DNA of 64,000 nucleotides from Octopus sinensis (Eukaryota): positions 32,364,001 to 32,428,000 of the forward strand of contig NC_042999.1 of the NCBI RefSeq assembly GCF_006345805.1. The letters run 5' to 3'. This document shows, piece by piece, positions 1 through 13,700 of the stretch (position 1 is its first letter; every line of letters starts with the position of its first letter). The notes beneath the pieces are model-generated. The model was not told where the DNA came from. It ran no database searches and saw only the letters and a program-made list of their open reading frames with translations. The translations under genes were made by a program, and so were the position numbers.

Positions 1-583
1 GATTTTAGTCTTCTTAATATCATGCTAAGATTATTTAGATATCATTTAATGATATATCAATAATTGCAATCTGATACTCATCAATCTTATTACACTGTAA
101 AGATAACCAGGGGCAACGTTGCACCCGATAACAGGAATAGATCAAAGTAAGCATTATAGCACCAACATATAGGTATGTGTTTGTGACGTAATGATCCAGC
201 TAACCGATCTGCCCCGAGTCCATATAGACAAAACATAGACTACGGTGGATAGCTTACACTTTCTCAATCATTAAAATTATATCCCGCTACATGCCAAACC
301 GCATTATCTATAGTTTTGCTTCCCTTGTGTCTTAAGATATTTCATGCCTTCTATGTAATACAAGATTACTATTTTCTAGTAGTTTCACGAGATTGAAAAT
401 TTATTCCGCAATTCCAACAATATCTTGGTTACATGTTGGTTGCTCGTTCGAGTGAATCTTTTTTTTATCCTTTTTTTCTCTTTTGCAAGGTTCAGTTCTT
501 TTTGAGGACAGGTGTTCCGATTAATGTGTTCAGTTATACAAGAAACCCAAGAATTTGGAACAACGTTATTTATTGGAGCCATA

Positions 584-802
584 ACTCTTTTACTCTTTTA
601 TTCTTTTACTTGTTTCAGTCATTTGACTGCAGCCATGTTGGAGCACCGCCTTTAGTCGAGCAAATCGACCCCGGGACTTATTCTTTGTAAGCCCAGTACT
701 TATTCTATCGGTCTCTTTTGCCGAACCGCTAAGTGACGGGGACGTAAACACACCAGCATCGGTTGTCAAGCAATGCTAGGGGGACAAACACACACACACA
801 TA

Positions 803-840
<38 letters not shown>

Positions 841-1000
841 TACGACAGGCTTTTTTCAGTTTCCGTCTACCAAATCCAATCACAGGGCATTGGTCGGCCT
901 GGGGCTATAACAGAAGACACTTGCCCTAGATGCCACGCAGTGGGACTAAACCCAGAACCATGAGGTTGGTTAGCAAGCTACGTACCACACAGCCACTCCT
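584..1000 (-). mobile_element. tRNA-derived SINE, family 1 (internal (TA)n/(TG)n, 3' tail TAAAAGAG repeats)
   Basis: On the minus strand: AGGAGTGGCTGTGTGGT head, GGGCAAGTGTCTTC motif, microsatellite, body ending GGCGGTGCTCCAACATGGCTGCAGTC. Homologous to 3258-3693 and 23703-24077. Confidence 0.9.
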
Positions 1001-1391
1001 ATATCCTTGCAAAATAGATATTTTAGGTTAAGTAATTGTCATACTCTAGCGCAGAACACGGTGTAAGTTGAGTTAAACATCGGTTGTCAAGCAACGTTTC
1101 CCAAAATTTGGACAAACATCAAGTCTAACACAAAGTTACTCTTTCTGGGCCATTCATCCCTCCGTCGTGGTTTGATTTTGAGGCTGTTGGTATATTCATG
1201 TTTGCTGCCAGAAGGTGTTTGTTGTACTGCTATGAGTGGTACTGTATGGCTGTTTTGGTACTGGCAGATCTCTGACCTGTTCTTCGTTTTTGACTGCACA
1301 TGCAAATTTTATTAGCTGACCTTCAATATTGATTGGTCGGATACATACCCGCATACACACAGAGACTCACACATACACATTTGTTTTTGTA

Positions 1392-1889
1392 TTTAACAAC
1401 ATGAAATACGAAAACAAATGATTTCAGTGTTCAGTGCGCAAAAAACGAGAGAAACAAATGGAAAACTGGACAAGTAACACAAAGAACGACCATTCATTAG
1501 TTGTCTGCTGTCTATCTAATCCTCATTTCTAGCATTGAATGACAATGATAGTGTAAAATAGCAAACGCTGCAGAAATATTTTTTTGAAAAGCGAACAGAT
1601 AGAAGAGAGAGAGAAAGAGATAGAATAAGGCCAGATCCTCAGAACAGTCCTGAAGGAAAACAAAGATGATCCCTTTAGGAAAAGAAACATAGATGATGGT
1701 TACGTGTGGGCAACGAGACAGAGAAGAAAGGAAAGAAACCGGAGAGAGAGACAGTTAGAAAACAGTGAAGGGAGAAGAAGAGAATTAGAGAAAAGGTTAG
1801 GGGGGAGAAGACAGTAAAGTGTAGAGTCGCATCAAAATGATTAAGATAAACTTACTTGGAAATGGATGCATGATGTTCAATCAAACACT
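1392..1889. repeat. Unclassified interspersed repeat family P, copy 1
   Basis: Shares GAGAAACAAATGGAAAAC..ACAAGTAACACAAAGAACGAC and terminal AAACTTACTTGGAAATGGAT with copies at 1995, 2729 and 6026. Followed by (AT)n. Confidence 0.8.
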
Positions 1890-1890
1890 C

Positions 1891-2643
<753 letters not shown>

Positions 2644-2728
2644 ATATATATAGTGTGTGAGAGAGAAAGAGAGAGACAGAGAGAGACAGAGAGAGACAGA
2701 GATACATATACATATGTATAAATGGGTA

Positions 2729-3235
2729 TAGGACGTCACCAACAATAAACAAAATATATTACGAACAGAAATTTGTTCAATACGCAAACAACGAGAGAAA
2801 CAAATGGAAAACAGGTCAAGTAACACAAAGAATGACCCATCATCAATTGTTAGCTGTCTGTCTACTCCTCATTTCGAGGAGTGAACGACAAAATGAGGCT
2901 TTGAACAGAGTTGCGCCCGTATGTGCCAAAATATAATTTTGGATTTATGGGAGGGTCAAATTTGGGGGTAAAATCAGGACAGTGGGGGCATAGAATTAAA
3001 TGGAACGGAAACAAACATAGAGGGCGATAGATAAGACCGAGATAAAAATAGCAAACGCTGAAGAAATACGTCCAATCCTTAGGACAGTCCTCAAGGAAAA
3101 TAAATATGATCACGTGAGGAAAAGAAAGACGGACGATGGCACATGTGAGCAGCGAGAGAGAGAAAAAGAAAAAGATTAAGAGAAACTTACTTGAAAATCG
3201 ATGCCTATCGTTCAATCAAATAATAATGTAAATGA
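2729..3235. repeat. Unclassified interspersed repeat family P, copy 3
   Basis: Starts GGACGTCAC; same conserved blocks; third same-orientation copy in tandem. Confidence 0.8.
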
Positions 3236-3257
3236 TATCTATATATATTTATATACG

Positions 3258-3475
3258 CTTTTACTCTTTTACTTGTTTCAGTTATTTGACTGCGGCCATG
3301 CTGGAACACCGCCTTTCGTCGAGCAAATTGACCCCGGGACTTATTCTTTGTAAGCCCAGTACTTATTCATCGGTCTCTTTTGCCGAACCGCTAAGTGACG
3401 GGGACGTAAACACACCAGCATCGGTTGTCAAGCAATGCTAGGGGACAAACACAGACACACAAACACACACACACA

Positions 3476-3534
<59 letters not shown>

Positions 3535-3691
3535 CGACAGGCTTCTTTCAGTTTCCGTCTACCAAATCTACTCACAAGGCATTGATCGGCCCGGGGCTAT
3601 AGCAGAAGACGCCCAAGAATCAACGCAGTGGGACTGAACCAGGAACCATGTGGCTTGTTAGCAAGCTACTTACCACACAGCCACTCCTGCG

Positions 3692-3693
<2 letters not shown>
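3258..3693 (-). mobile_element. tRNA-derived SINE, family 1
   Basis: Colinear with 584-1000; head GGCGCAGGAGTGGCTGTGTGGTAAG on the minus strand. Confidence 0.9.
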
Positions 3694-3734
<41 letters not shown>

Positions 3735-3737
<3 letters not shown>

Positions 3738-4040
3738 CATATTATGTAAAATCCGTTCAGTCTGTCTGTGTGTGTGTCTTCTAGGATCTCGGGCATCCTC
3801 CATCCAATTGCGCTCAAAGTTGATATGTAGATACCGACGGGATCAGGGTATGTATAAGTCTTGAAAGTATTACAAAAATCTATTCCAGGTGAGAATCCAA
3901 TCGATAAAACCGTAGAAATGTGCATTTGTACGCGCAAGTACACCAGCTGTTGTGATCGAGGCCACGCGTACGCGAAAACATGCACGTGCAGTTTGCGCCA
4001 AAAAAGCCCGCCGGCTTGAAATAACGCCACAAAATGCAGC
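3735..4040 (+). mobile_element. Possible non-autonomous Helitron/HINE-like element
   Basis: 5' AAAATCCGTTCAGTCTGTCTGTGTG..CATCCAATTGCGCTCAAAGTTG resembles DINE/HINE-type heads. Subterminal hairpin AAGCC-CGCC-GGCTT. Confidence 0.35.
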
Positions 4041-4280
4041 ATATTTAAGAGACGAAAAATATTAGATACACAATAGATATTTTCTTCAAATTTGGCATGA
4101 AGGAAGGAAAGACTATTTGATTTCTCAAGATGTTCTTTTTTGCCTTAACTTCGTTTAGCAAAACCCAAAATGTAATTGAAATATAGGCATGCTTAATTAT
4201 TTTTGAATGCAAAGCAAACACTGATTGCTTTTTATTCAGCAGGTATGATTCAGCACCATCCATTGGACGTAGGTGTTTTG

Positions 4281-4312
<32 letters not shown>

Positions 4313-5872
4313 GTATCGAACACACGTAACCAAGTTATGTGCTTAGCCAATTCGTGGTCTAGCTGATTATATGATTGAAGGTACGAATGAAGTAGTTCTT
4401 TTGCCATCACTATCTTACTTCCATACCATCAAGTCATCGATATGATTGAATCTATACATGCAACTTTTCTGGAAAGAGAAAAAACACCTGCGTGAGAACG
4501 TAAAGGAATTTTGACGTCTATATTTTAGTTGTCACTACGGGCATCTGCTGGTTTCTGTTTGCGATTGTCCGCTGTTATCTTAGTGGCAATGTTGTTTCGG
4601 GAATTACACGATTTTAACATAGTAATCTATGGTTAAAGAAGCTTCAACTCAATTCATTAGATGAAATTCATTTTCAAATTGACGCATTGAAAATTTGTCT
4701 CTGTATATTTTTCAAAAAGAAATGCATAACACCTTTTAGTGGAATTTGTTACAGAATGCAGTTTAATCATTATTTTATTTTGCTAATTTTAATAGAACTA
4801 TATGATGTTCTTTTTATAAATATCATATCCTGCATCATATACGTGTATGCACTTTATTTGGGAATCATCGGCGACTGTTTACCTCTATATCAATTTTGAT
4901 TTGCGAGCAAGGTCTATAATTCGCACTCATATACTTCAATATTACTTCAAACGTAAGAATTTGCCATGTATTCATGTTTATTGAAAGTTTTTGCATATAC
5001 AAAAAGAGTACCATAATATAAATATATAAAAGTGTAACATAATATCAATATATTCTATGCACACTTTATATTTTGCATCCGATATTACACCTAGCGAACT
5101 ACATCTGTGCAAAAGTTTTCTTATGATTTGCTTACTGTTCTAAGATAAAGAGAGTTACAAATAGAATAAAATGTACTTTTATATGTAATTGCTTTTGAGT
5201 GTAACGTCGCTTTACATAAGAAGTTCTTCAAAAGATTCTGAGATGCATTTGGTTTCAGGATATTAGCAATCACCAATGTAATGTAAATTATAGTAATTCT
5301 TGAACGTCACATGCTTAATTCCCGATTAATGCTTCAGGAAATTTTCAAGAAAAGTATAAACGTCTTCCTTATTGTCGAGTTATTGACGCAGAATTTTCAT
5401 TCCATTTTATGAGCGGGGATAGAACAAATCGACTTTATAAGGGAGAATGTCTAATCGTTAGTGCCTATGAGAAAAGTTTTCATTATTGGGAATTACTCTC
5501 GATGATCTATAAATGTTCACTGAAGTGAAATAATGGGCATTGTTTGTATCGTGGGAAATCATATATAAAATTCACAAAAACACACAGAAAAATAGTGAAT
5601 AGTGAATATTAAGAAACCAATTGATAAGCTGCATATTTTGTTGTGTAGCATATTTCAATAATGGCATGCTGAATGTTGCGTTTCACAAGGTGACAATCGA
5701 TAAGGAAGAGAAGAAAATATGCTATACTGGATTTTACAAAAGCAGTAGAGACAGGTTTCAAAGAGTATCGACCTGTGGAGGAATATTGGCAGTTTAGTGA
5801 AAGTATTCATATTTTCTCTATAGGCATGAGTACCAGAAACAGGGAAGTAATTTTCCATGAAAAATAGTTGTA

Positions 5873-5919
<47 letters not shown>

Positions 5920-6025
5920 TAGGCATATACATATATATATACATATATAGGCATATATACACTCTACACACATATACGTACATACTAGCATATATATATA
6001 TATATATATATGCATATATACGTAC

Positions 6026-6730
6026 GGGACGTCACAATGCGTGAACAACATGACATACGAAAACATGAAATACGATGGCAACCTTTTTTTGCGAACAAGG
6101 AGAGAAACAAATGGAAGATAAAGCAAGTAACATAATGAACGACCCTTCATCAGTTTTCGGCTCTTTATTTACTTCGCATTTCGAGCAATTCACGAAATAT
6201 GTACCTTCGAGAAAACAGTTGCTCCAGCAAAGCAAAATAAATTTTGGGATTTTGAGGAGAGTCAATGTTGGTTACAAAAAGAGGACAGTGAAACAAACAG
6301 TAAGGGCTGCTAAGCGAGACGAGGTATGGTGGCAAACGCTGAGGAACATGCTATGACAGGAGAGTAGACAGATAAAGATACGTCTCGTCTGTGCAACAGA
6401 CCGGAAGTAAATAAAGATAAACACCTGTGGGAAAAAAGGTGAACGATGGTCACGTGTGTGTAACAAGAGAATAAAGTTGGATGAGGGAGAGAGACAGACA
6501 GAAAACGGTAAAGGGGCGAAAAAAGAATTTGAGAAAGGATGTATGGGAAAATAACAAAAGGGAGAGAAGTGGAGAAAAAACCATTAGAGAAAGTAAGAGA
6601 GAGAGAAAACGGAACGGGTGAGAGAAAGAGAGAGAGAAAGAACAGTACAGAGATGAGTCACAACAAAATTATTAAAATTAACTTACTCGGAAATGGATGC
6701 GTGGCGTTCATTCATATAATAATATAAATG
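6026..6730. repeat. Unclassified interspersed repeat family P, copy 4
   Basis: Starts GGGACGTCAC after a (TA)n/(CATA)n tract; same conserved blocks; ends in (AT)n. Confidence 0.75.
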
Positions 6731-6749
6731 AAATATATATATATATATA

Positions 6750-6947
6750 ATGTGACCTCGTGTGTACCGTTGGTGATGTTTTTCCTCTGTCTTCACTTCT
6801 CTGGATCTTTCCCTCTCCTATGTTTCCGACGAAGAGCTCCGCTCGAAACGTTAAACCCTCCTTCTTCCCTTCTTTCCTGAGCGTCCAATAATACTATATT
6901 TGTTCCACGTCCACGCATTGTTGTGTTATTTTGTGTTTTGTTGTTGG

Positions 6948-6955
<8 letters not shown>
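6750..6955 (+). mobile_element. Small hammerhead-bearing element (Penelope-like terminal repeat fragment) between (AT)n tracts
   Basis: Homologous to 30048-30263; contains the hammerhead at 6822-6856; (AT)n on both sides. Confidence 0.75.
6822..6856 (+). ncRNA. Minimal type I hammerhead ribozyme motif (core variant U4C)
   Basis: GUUU-CCGACGA-A-GAGC(UCC)GCUC-GAA-ACGU-U-AAAC: 4-bp stem I, 4-bp stem II, palindromic ACGU stem III, GUU cleavage triplet. Confidence 0.75.
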
Positions 6956-7028
<73 letters not shown>

Positions 7029-7597
7029 CAACAATTGAGGGCAAAATTAATTAATTATTAATCAATTTCACCAAGTGTTCAGTATGCAAAGGGACCATTC
7101 AAGGCGAATTCAAATTATTACATTATAAAAGGGCTTAGTAAAATAAATTACTTTGCCGCATACTGAACTCATTAGAAATAGCAGCTAAAAAACTTTTTTA
7201 AAGCTATTTCTAATACTTAAAGTTTTTTAGCTGCTATTTCTAATGAGTTCAGTATGCGGCAAAGTAATTTATTTTACTAAGCCCTTTTATATAATGTAAT
7301 AATTTGAATTCGCCTTGAATGGTCCCTTTGCATACTGAACACTTGGTGAAATTGATTAATAATTAATTAATTTTGCCCTCAATTGTTGAAATTATAATTA
7401 ATCTCCCTCTGATTAATGCTTCGGATTTTACCGAAATAAGCATAGTGTTTGATGATTTTAACCCACGCTGGTGGAAAGGGGAGAACAGAGATTCTTCGCT
7501 TGCTTATTTGAATTTGTTGGCACTGTTAGTTACGAGCAGATCTTCGAAAGGGTATGTTCTTATTTTCAGTGTTTCCAAATCCAAACCAAGGAATTTC

Positions 7598-7649
7598 TGA
7601 GCTGATGATAGACGTGTTGTTTTGACTAATCTTGAAACGTACGTTCTCA
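7598..7649 (+). ncRNA. Type I hammerhead-like motif in tandem unit 1
   Basis: UGAG-CUGAUGA-UAGA..UCUU-GAA-ACGUACGU-U-CUCA: intact core, stem I UGAG/CUCA, palindromic 8-mer stem III, weak stem II (AGA/UCU closed by U.U). Confidence 0.6.
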
Positions 7650-8143
7650 AATAACCTTAGCATTTGATTTTTCGATGTCCTTACCCATAAACTTTTGTGA
7701 GTTGAATTAAGCAAACACTATATATGAGAGAGATTTTCTTTAAGTATTAGAAATAGCTTTAAAAAAGTTTTTTAGCTGCTATTTCTAATGAGTTCAGTAT
7801 GCGGCAAAGTAATTTATTTTACTAAGCCCTTTTATATAATGTAATAATTTGAATTCGCATTGAATGGTCCCTTTGCATACTGAACACTTGGTGAAATTGA
7901 TTAATAATTAATTAATTTTGCCCTCAATTGTTGAAATTATAATTAATCTCTCCTCTGATTAATGCTTCGGATTTTACCGAAATAAGCATAGTGTTTGATG
8001 ATTTTAACCCACGCTGGTGGAAAGGGGAGAACAGAGATTATTCGCTTGCTTATTTGAATTTGTTGGCACTGAGTTTTACGAGCAGATCTTCGAAAGGGTA
8101 TGTTCTTATTTTCAGTGTTTCCAAATCCAAACCAAGGAATTTC

Positions 8144-8195
8144 TGAGCTGATGATAGAAGTGTTGTTTTGACTAATCTTGAAACGTACGTTCTCA
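8144..8195 (+). ncRNA. Type I hammerhead-like motif in tandem unit 2
   Basis: Same as 7598-7649; differences confined to the stem II loop region. Confidence 0.6.
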
Positions 8196-8519
8196 AATAA
8201 CCTTAGCATTTGATTTTTCGATGTCCTTACCCCCAAACTTTTGTGAGTTGAATTAAGCAAACACTATATATGAGAGAGATTTTCTTTAAGTATTAGAAAT
8301 AGCTTTAAAAAAGTTTTTTAGCTGCTATTTCTAATGAGTTCAGTATGCGGCAAAGTAATTTATTTTACTAAGCCCTTTTATATAATATATACATATATAT
8401 ATATATATATATATGTTTTATTAAAGAATTTTTAGTAAATTCAGTCCCCATGTATTATACTTGGTATGTTGATCATGGTAGTTTTATTTTTATTTGGGTA
8501 TTGTTTGTAGCCATATGTA

Positions 8520-8803
8520 CGTATATTTAGATGTTTAGGAGGGTGTCCGTGAATATGCATGTGCATGGGTGTGTGTGCATGTGTGCGCGTGTACAAGTGC
8601 ATGTGTAGACGTGGGAGTGCATGAGTGCTATGTACATGCGTGTGCTTGTGTATGCACTTGTATACATGTATGTTTGAATGTGCGTGAGATTGCACCCGTT
8701 TGCGTGTACACACTCATATATACATATAATAAATATTTATTTATTTATTTATTTGTGAATGTGTGTATTTTTATATTATATGTGTATTTGATGATATGTG
8801 TGA

Positions 8804-8865
<62 letters not shown>

Positions 8866-10145
8866 TTATATTATTTATCTGTATGGTGTGGGTGTGTGAA
8901 TATATTGGTGTATATATCGAGTATTGTACGTATGTATATGTACGTGTGAGTGGGTATATATATTGTTTGTGGGTGTGTGTTATATGTGTGTGTATTTGTG
9001 TGTGAATGTATAGATTAGGGGGATTGCTATATAGGTTTGTTATTGTGTATGGTAAAGGGAGGTTTTATCATTATATATGTAAGTATGGGTTTCGTTTATC
9101 ATGATTGTTTTATTAAAGAATTTTGTAGTAAATTCAGTATATTTACGTTGATTAACATATTATTTCATTCTATTCCATTCATAATCTTTAAAATAACGTT
9201 CGTTCATCACGCGCAAAGAATTTATTAAAAATATGTTCTATTTCTATGGTAACGTAATTTTGTAAACGCTGTAACAGTTAGACTGTTAAATTCACTTCAT
9301 AACTTAAAATTGAATAGAAGGTATGTATTTTTTTCTCCTTATGTTAATCTTGTTGTTTATGTAGTGTTCTATTTATCGTACTTTTCTTTGTTATTAATTA
9401 TTAAATAATTTAGACATATTTTGATAAATAGATAGGTTCGTTTTTAAATGGCTTATGTTTAATAATAGAATAATTCTATATAAGTTATTATTCACATTCA
9501 TAAATTTGTTTTAGATTGGTGTTGGGGTTTTTAATAGTATATTGCTGAGTAGGGAATGTTACTGTATGTATGTGGCTGAGTGTATGTATCTGCTGAATTT
9601 GTTACTCCTCTGTGTTGGAGTGGCGGTAGAAGTGCGGTTGTATGTGAGTGATTGTGTGTGAGTGTGTGTGGGTGTGCATTGTTTATGTGTAGAAATGTTG
9701 TTTTCTTTTGAGTGTTTATGTATGTGTGAATGTGTGTGTGTGTGTTTTGTTTGCGTATTTGTGTATGTTTGTTGCATGCATGTGGTATTTGGAATATGTG
9801 TGTCTGTGTGTTTTAAGTATTTATGTATGGTTGTTGTATATATGTGGTATATGGTATTTGGTAGTTTCTTGATAAGAATGAAATGTTCATGTTGTTGTGG
9901 TTGAGTATATGCGGCTGCTGGATGTGTGGTTGTCATGCAGAGAGAGTGTGTTTATGAATGAGGGTTGTATGTGTGTGTGTGTGGGAGTATGAATAAGTAA
10001 TGTGTAGAAGTATTTGGCTACTTTATTAATTTATCGTTGCCTAGATGTTTATGTGTATGTATAGATATATATATATGGGTGTGTGAGTTAGTGTATGTAT
10101 TTAGATATGTTTATATATACTTAGATATATGTGTATGAGCATGTG
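8520..10145. repeat. Degenerate (TG)/(TA)-rich low-complexity region with an AT-rich interruption
   Basis: Long GT-rich tracts at ~8520-9010 and ~9560-10145 give C/V- and H/T-rich pseudo-ORFs. Confidence 0.8.
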
Positions 10146-10396
10146 TGTATATATATTTTATTTTCATTTTTTGTTTTTTGTTTTTTGAAATTAGATTCTT
10201 CATCTTTAAATATGAGAACTTTAATACTAGGTTTCTTTATATTCAATTGTTTATAGAGGTTATTTTAGTTCTTGATTATATATAGATTATATATAGATTA
10301 TATATATATATATTTTCATTGATAATTTATATTATTTATAGTTTTAGTCATTTTAATTTATATCTTTAAAATATTGATTATTTTTAGATCTGAAAT

Positions 10397-10442
10397 CCAC
10401 CTGATGAATGTCCTTTGAAGAGACACGAAACAATTGTAGTGG
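10397..10442 (+). ncRNA. Type I hammerhead ribozyme, canonical core
   Basis: CCAC-CUGAUGA-A-UGUC(CUUUGAAGA)GACA-C-GAA-AC(AAUU)GU-A-GUGG: all core nucleotides canonical, GUA triplet, palindromic ACAAUUGU stem III, A.C opposition at 10.1/11.1. Lies in a ~300-bp AT-rich segment between (AT)n tracts. Confidence 0.85.
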
Positions 10443-10623
10443 TGAATTTAATTTTATTTAATTTATATTAAATGTTTTTATGTATTGGATTAAGTCTTTC
10501 TTTGTTTGATTTGCAAATAGTGTTTTTTTGTCTCTAATTAATATTATATAATATTTTACTATAAAATTGGATTCAATCCTAAATCTGATTTTTCCCTGTA
10601 ATTTGGATTTATTCCCAATATTT

Positions 10624-10674
<51 letters not shown>

Positions 10675-10679
10675 TATAC

Positions 10680-10746
<67 letters not shown>

Positions 10747-13700
10747 TAACCGTATATACATCTACAAGATTTGTTATTATATACTTTTATATAAACGGAA
10801 ATGATGGAAGACAGATGGTATGTCTATCCCTGGGTAAAAAAAACATGAACTCTGAAATGTTTATTCTCCACGGATAAAATAAGCCTATGCTATTAGCATA
10901 TTTCTGATTTTTGTACTCAAGTATATGATTATGCAAATGCATTGCTTACATTCCAAATTATGAACAACTATTGTGCAATTGCCCATGCATTAATCAATAG
11001 ACAGCGCACGCACCTACACACATACAGAACATCATGTTCTTACATACATGCATGTAAACCTGCATATTCATACTTCACTTTTCTTATTGCAAATATTAAT
11101 CTTCATCATCTTGTGAAAACCCTCTTCAAAATTTTATTAATTGAGTAACAATCTTAACGCAGCAGAACATGCTACCATGCTCTTTTCCAAAACGGCCAAC
11201 AACTTAGGTCCTGATTAAACCCAATCAATTGTTTCGAGGTAGGGCTTAGAAGCAATGCTTCTACACCGTGCTTTCTCTTCTTGTTAAAACACACTTTTCT
11301 TCGTGAGGACATAGCTTAAATTGATTCACATAAATTAAGGTAACTTTAAGTATGTTATACAAAAGTGAGTTCCGAGAATTAGAAATTCAGTTTCAGGAAT
11401 GTCATGCCTTCAATACCTATGCAAGATTTGAGAGAATCTAAACAAAATTGCGCTGTAGTAGTTACCAATTTTCTCTACTGAAATTGTAAGAATTTGGGAA
11501 AAATGATATTGTTCTGTTGTATTCTCTAAAGATGACACATCCCATGGTCATACTCATATTAATATGAGGTTGTTTAAGAACTCAGAATCAGTTTCCACAT
11601 TCCTTTAAAATAGAAAATGGAACATATTTAGTCGGGAAAGAACGTTAATAGCTCATCTAAAGTTAAATTCGTTACCGTAGTGTTATCAGGTCTACAAATG
11701 TACAGTGTATAAAAATGTGTTCGCCGTAGAATACAGATAATCTTAAGCGCCAAGCTTACCTCACTGTTGAACTTCTATAATGAAAATATGTCCCTTTAAA
11801 ATTACATTCATACGTAGAATTTTGCAAATTCTCTATCGTGTACCAATAAATAATTTCCAACACTTTTAACCATCATAGATTTAAAAGCCTAGCATATTAA
11901 ATTGTTGTATCCTCTTTCGTGGTTTCGACAGCTGAGTAAATTATATACATCTCAAAAGAATGCAAAACATCTACTGTAATAGCGACTTTTTTCACCAATT
12001 TATTTACCACCTAGCTGTTTATTTCTCCCTTGTATTCCATTTATTGCATTGCTTCATCTACCTTGCTTATTTACGTTTGTTTTACATTCATCTTTATCTG
12101 ACTAAACTCACTCTCGCCTCCAAATAGTCACTATATAAAGACAAATGCTTAGTATTTTCACAGTTTCACAGTTTATCCTCTATCCATGAGAAGTTTTCTT
12201 GTATATATCAACGTATGCCCTTCTGCATGAGTTAAACTAAATGAAAGAACACATAGATTTATCTACTTAGCTACTGAATTATGGAGAAAGCCATGTAGAT
12301 TTGCATTTTGTTTTCTCCCTTTTGTGTTGGAAAACCAAGAATAAGCCGTAATTGTTTCTTTCCCGTTTCACATTAAATTAATTACATTAGAAACCACAAA
12401 AATATCATTTTCTATGATATTTGCTTTTATTTTAATCTCAAATCTGAAATATATTTATATACTTGTGTGACTCTTCTGTTGAATTTTCATCAAATATTCG
12501 TCTATTAATCAAACTGTTTTCTACCAATTATGTTTAATTAAATCATACATTTTATTATTGTTAATTCTAGATGTTAATAATAAATTCCGCGCATCGTTAC
12601 ACATTTTAAATAGCAGATACTGCTCTAGTTTCAAGAGAAGCACTTTCCTGCTTCAAGAGAATACAGATGCAATTTGAATTCTCTTTTAGTAACATTGTAA
12701 GTAAATTGATTTACAGACTATAACTCCAATTTTGGAATGCTGTACTTTTGGATTTTCGTTTAAGTATCACGAAATATATAATTTGCTGAATTTCTCGAAT
12801 TCAACGACATCGTATACAAAATATAGGACACCATGGCTTCGGATAAAAGTGAGGAGGCTCGTCATGGGGTTTATGAGATGTAAACTTGATTTGAAAGAAA
12901 CAATAAGTAAAGAAGATATAATAAAAACAGGAGTTCACATCAATATATGCCATAGACATGAGTTATGATTTAGTATCAGATTGCACTACAATATAATATG
13001 CTAAATGTAATTGAAGGTCATATAATGTGTGGGAATCATGTTAAAGCCAGCGCCGGCTATTTTAGTAAAATTATACATTGCGAACTAAATCTAAAAGTAC
13101 AGTATGCTAGTAAGGAGCAAAAATAATATATTTAAGAGTAGTATATAAAAATATTGACTTTTGCACCATTAAAAACGCACAGAGTGTGTATCAGTATTAA
13201 AGTTATGTAAATGCAACTATAAATCATATTGTGTTATATTATCCTACATAATTTCAAAACACCTATAATCAGCAGTAAAACATTGTGAATTCCCATATTT
13301 AGTATCTTCTGGATATGGAAGCAATACTTTTATATGAACAATTAATTATATATTTGCATTCACGTTACATGAGAGAAAACAGAAACTCTAATTGCTCTGG
13401 TCAAAGATTACATTTTTTGCAAAATAAATTCGTGTCCAGTAAATAAAATACAAGAGTGGACAAGGTTATTTTTAGCGTGCTCAGCAAATCCCTACCATCA
13501 GCAAATCTCTTCTTTCCGTACCTACGTCGTTTACCACAGGTAAGTCGAGTTCCAATTTAACTTCGTACAAGTGCCGATGCGGGCGTGCTGAAAATGTTTA
13601 AATTTTGAACAAATACGCAAAATAGTTATCGGTCTAGGAAAGATTCATAGTACAACGATGAAAATTGCTGGAACAAATTTCGTAAGAAATTTCTCCCGGT

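Larger units (their letters stand above)
7021..8386 (+). repeat. 546-bp tandem repeat (2 full units + partial) preceded by an inverted partial copy; flanked by (AT)n
   Basis: Units start at 7219, 7765 and 8311 (period 546). 7021-7222 is the reverse complement of the unit junction region. Each full unit carries a hammerhead-like motif. Confidence 0.92.

Noticed and set aside
1087-1305. Minus-strand open segment (possible terminal exon VKNEEQVRDLPVPKQPYST..)
   Set aside because: No convincing polypyrimidine acceptor and no recognisable protein similarity.
4045-4410. 121-aa ORF starting MMAKELLHSYLQ
   Set aside because: It runs through an (AT)n tract, and no domain or family was recognised.
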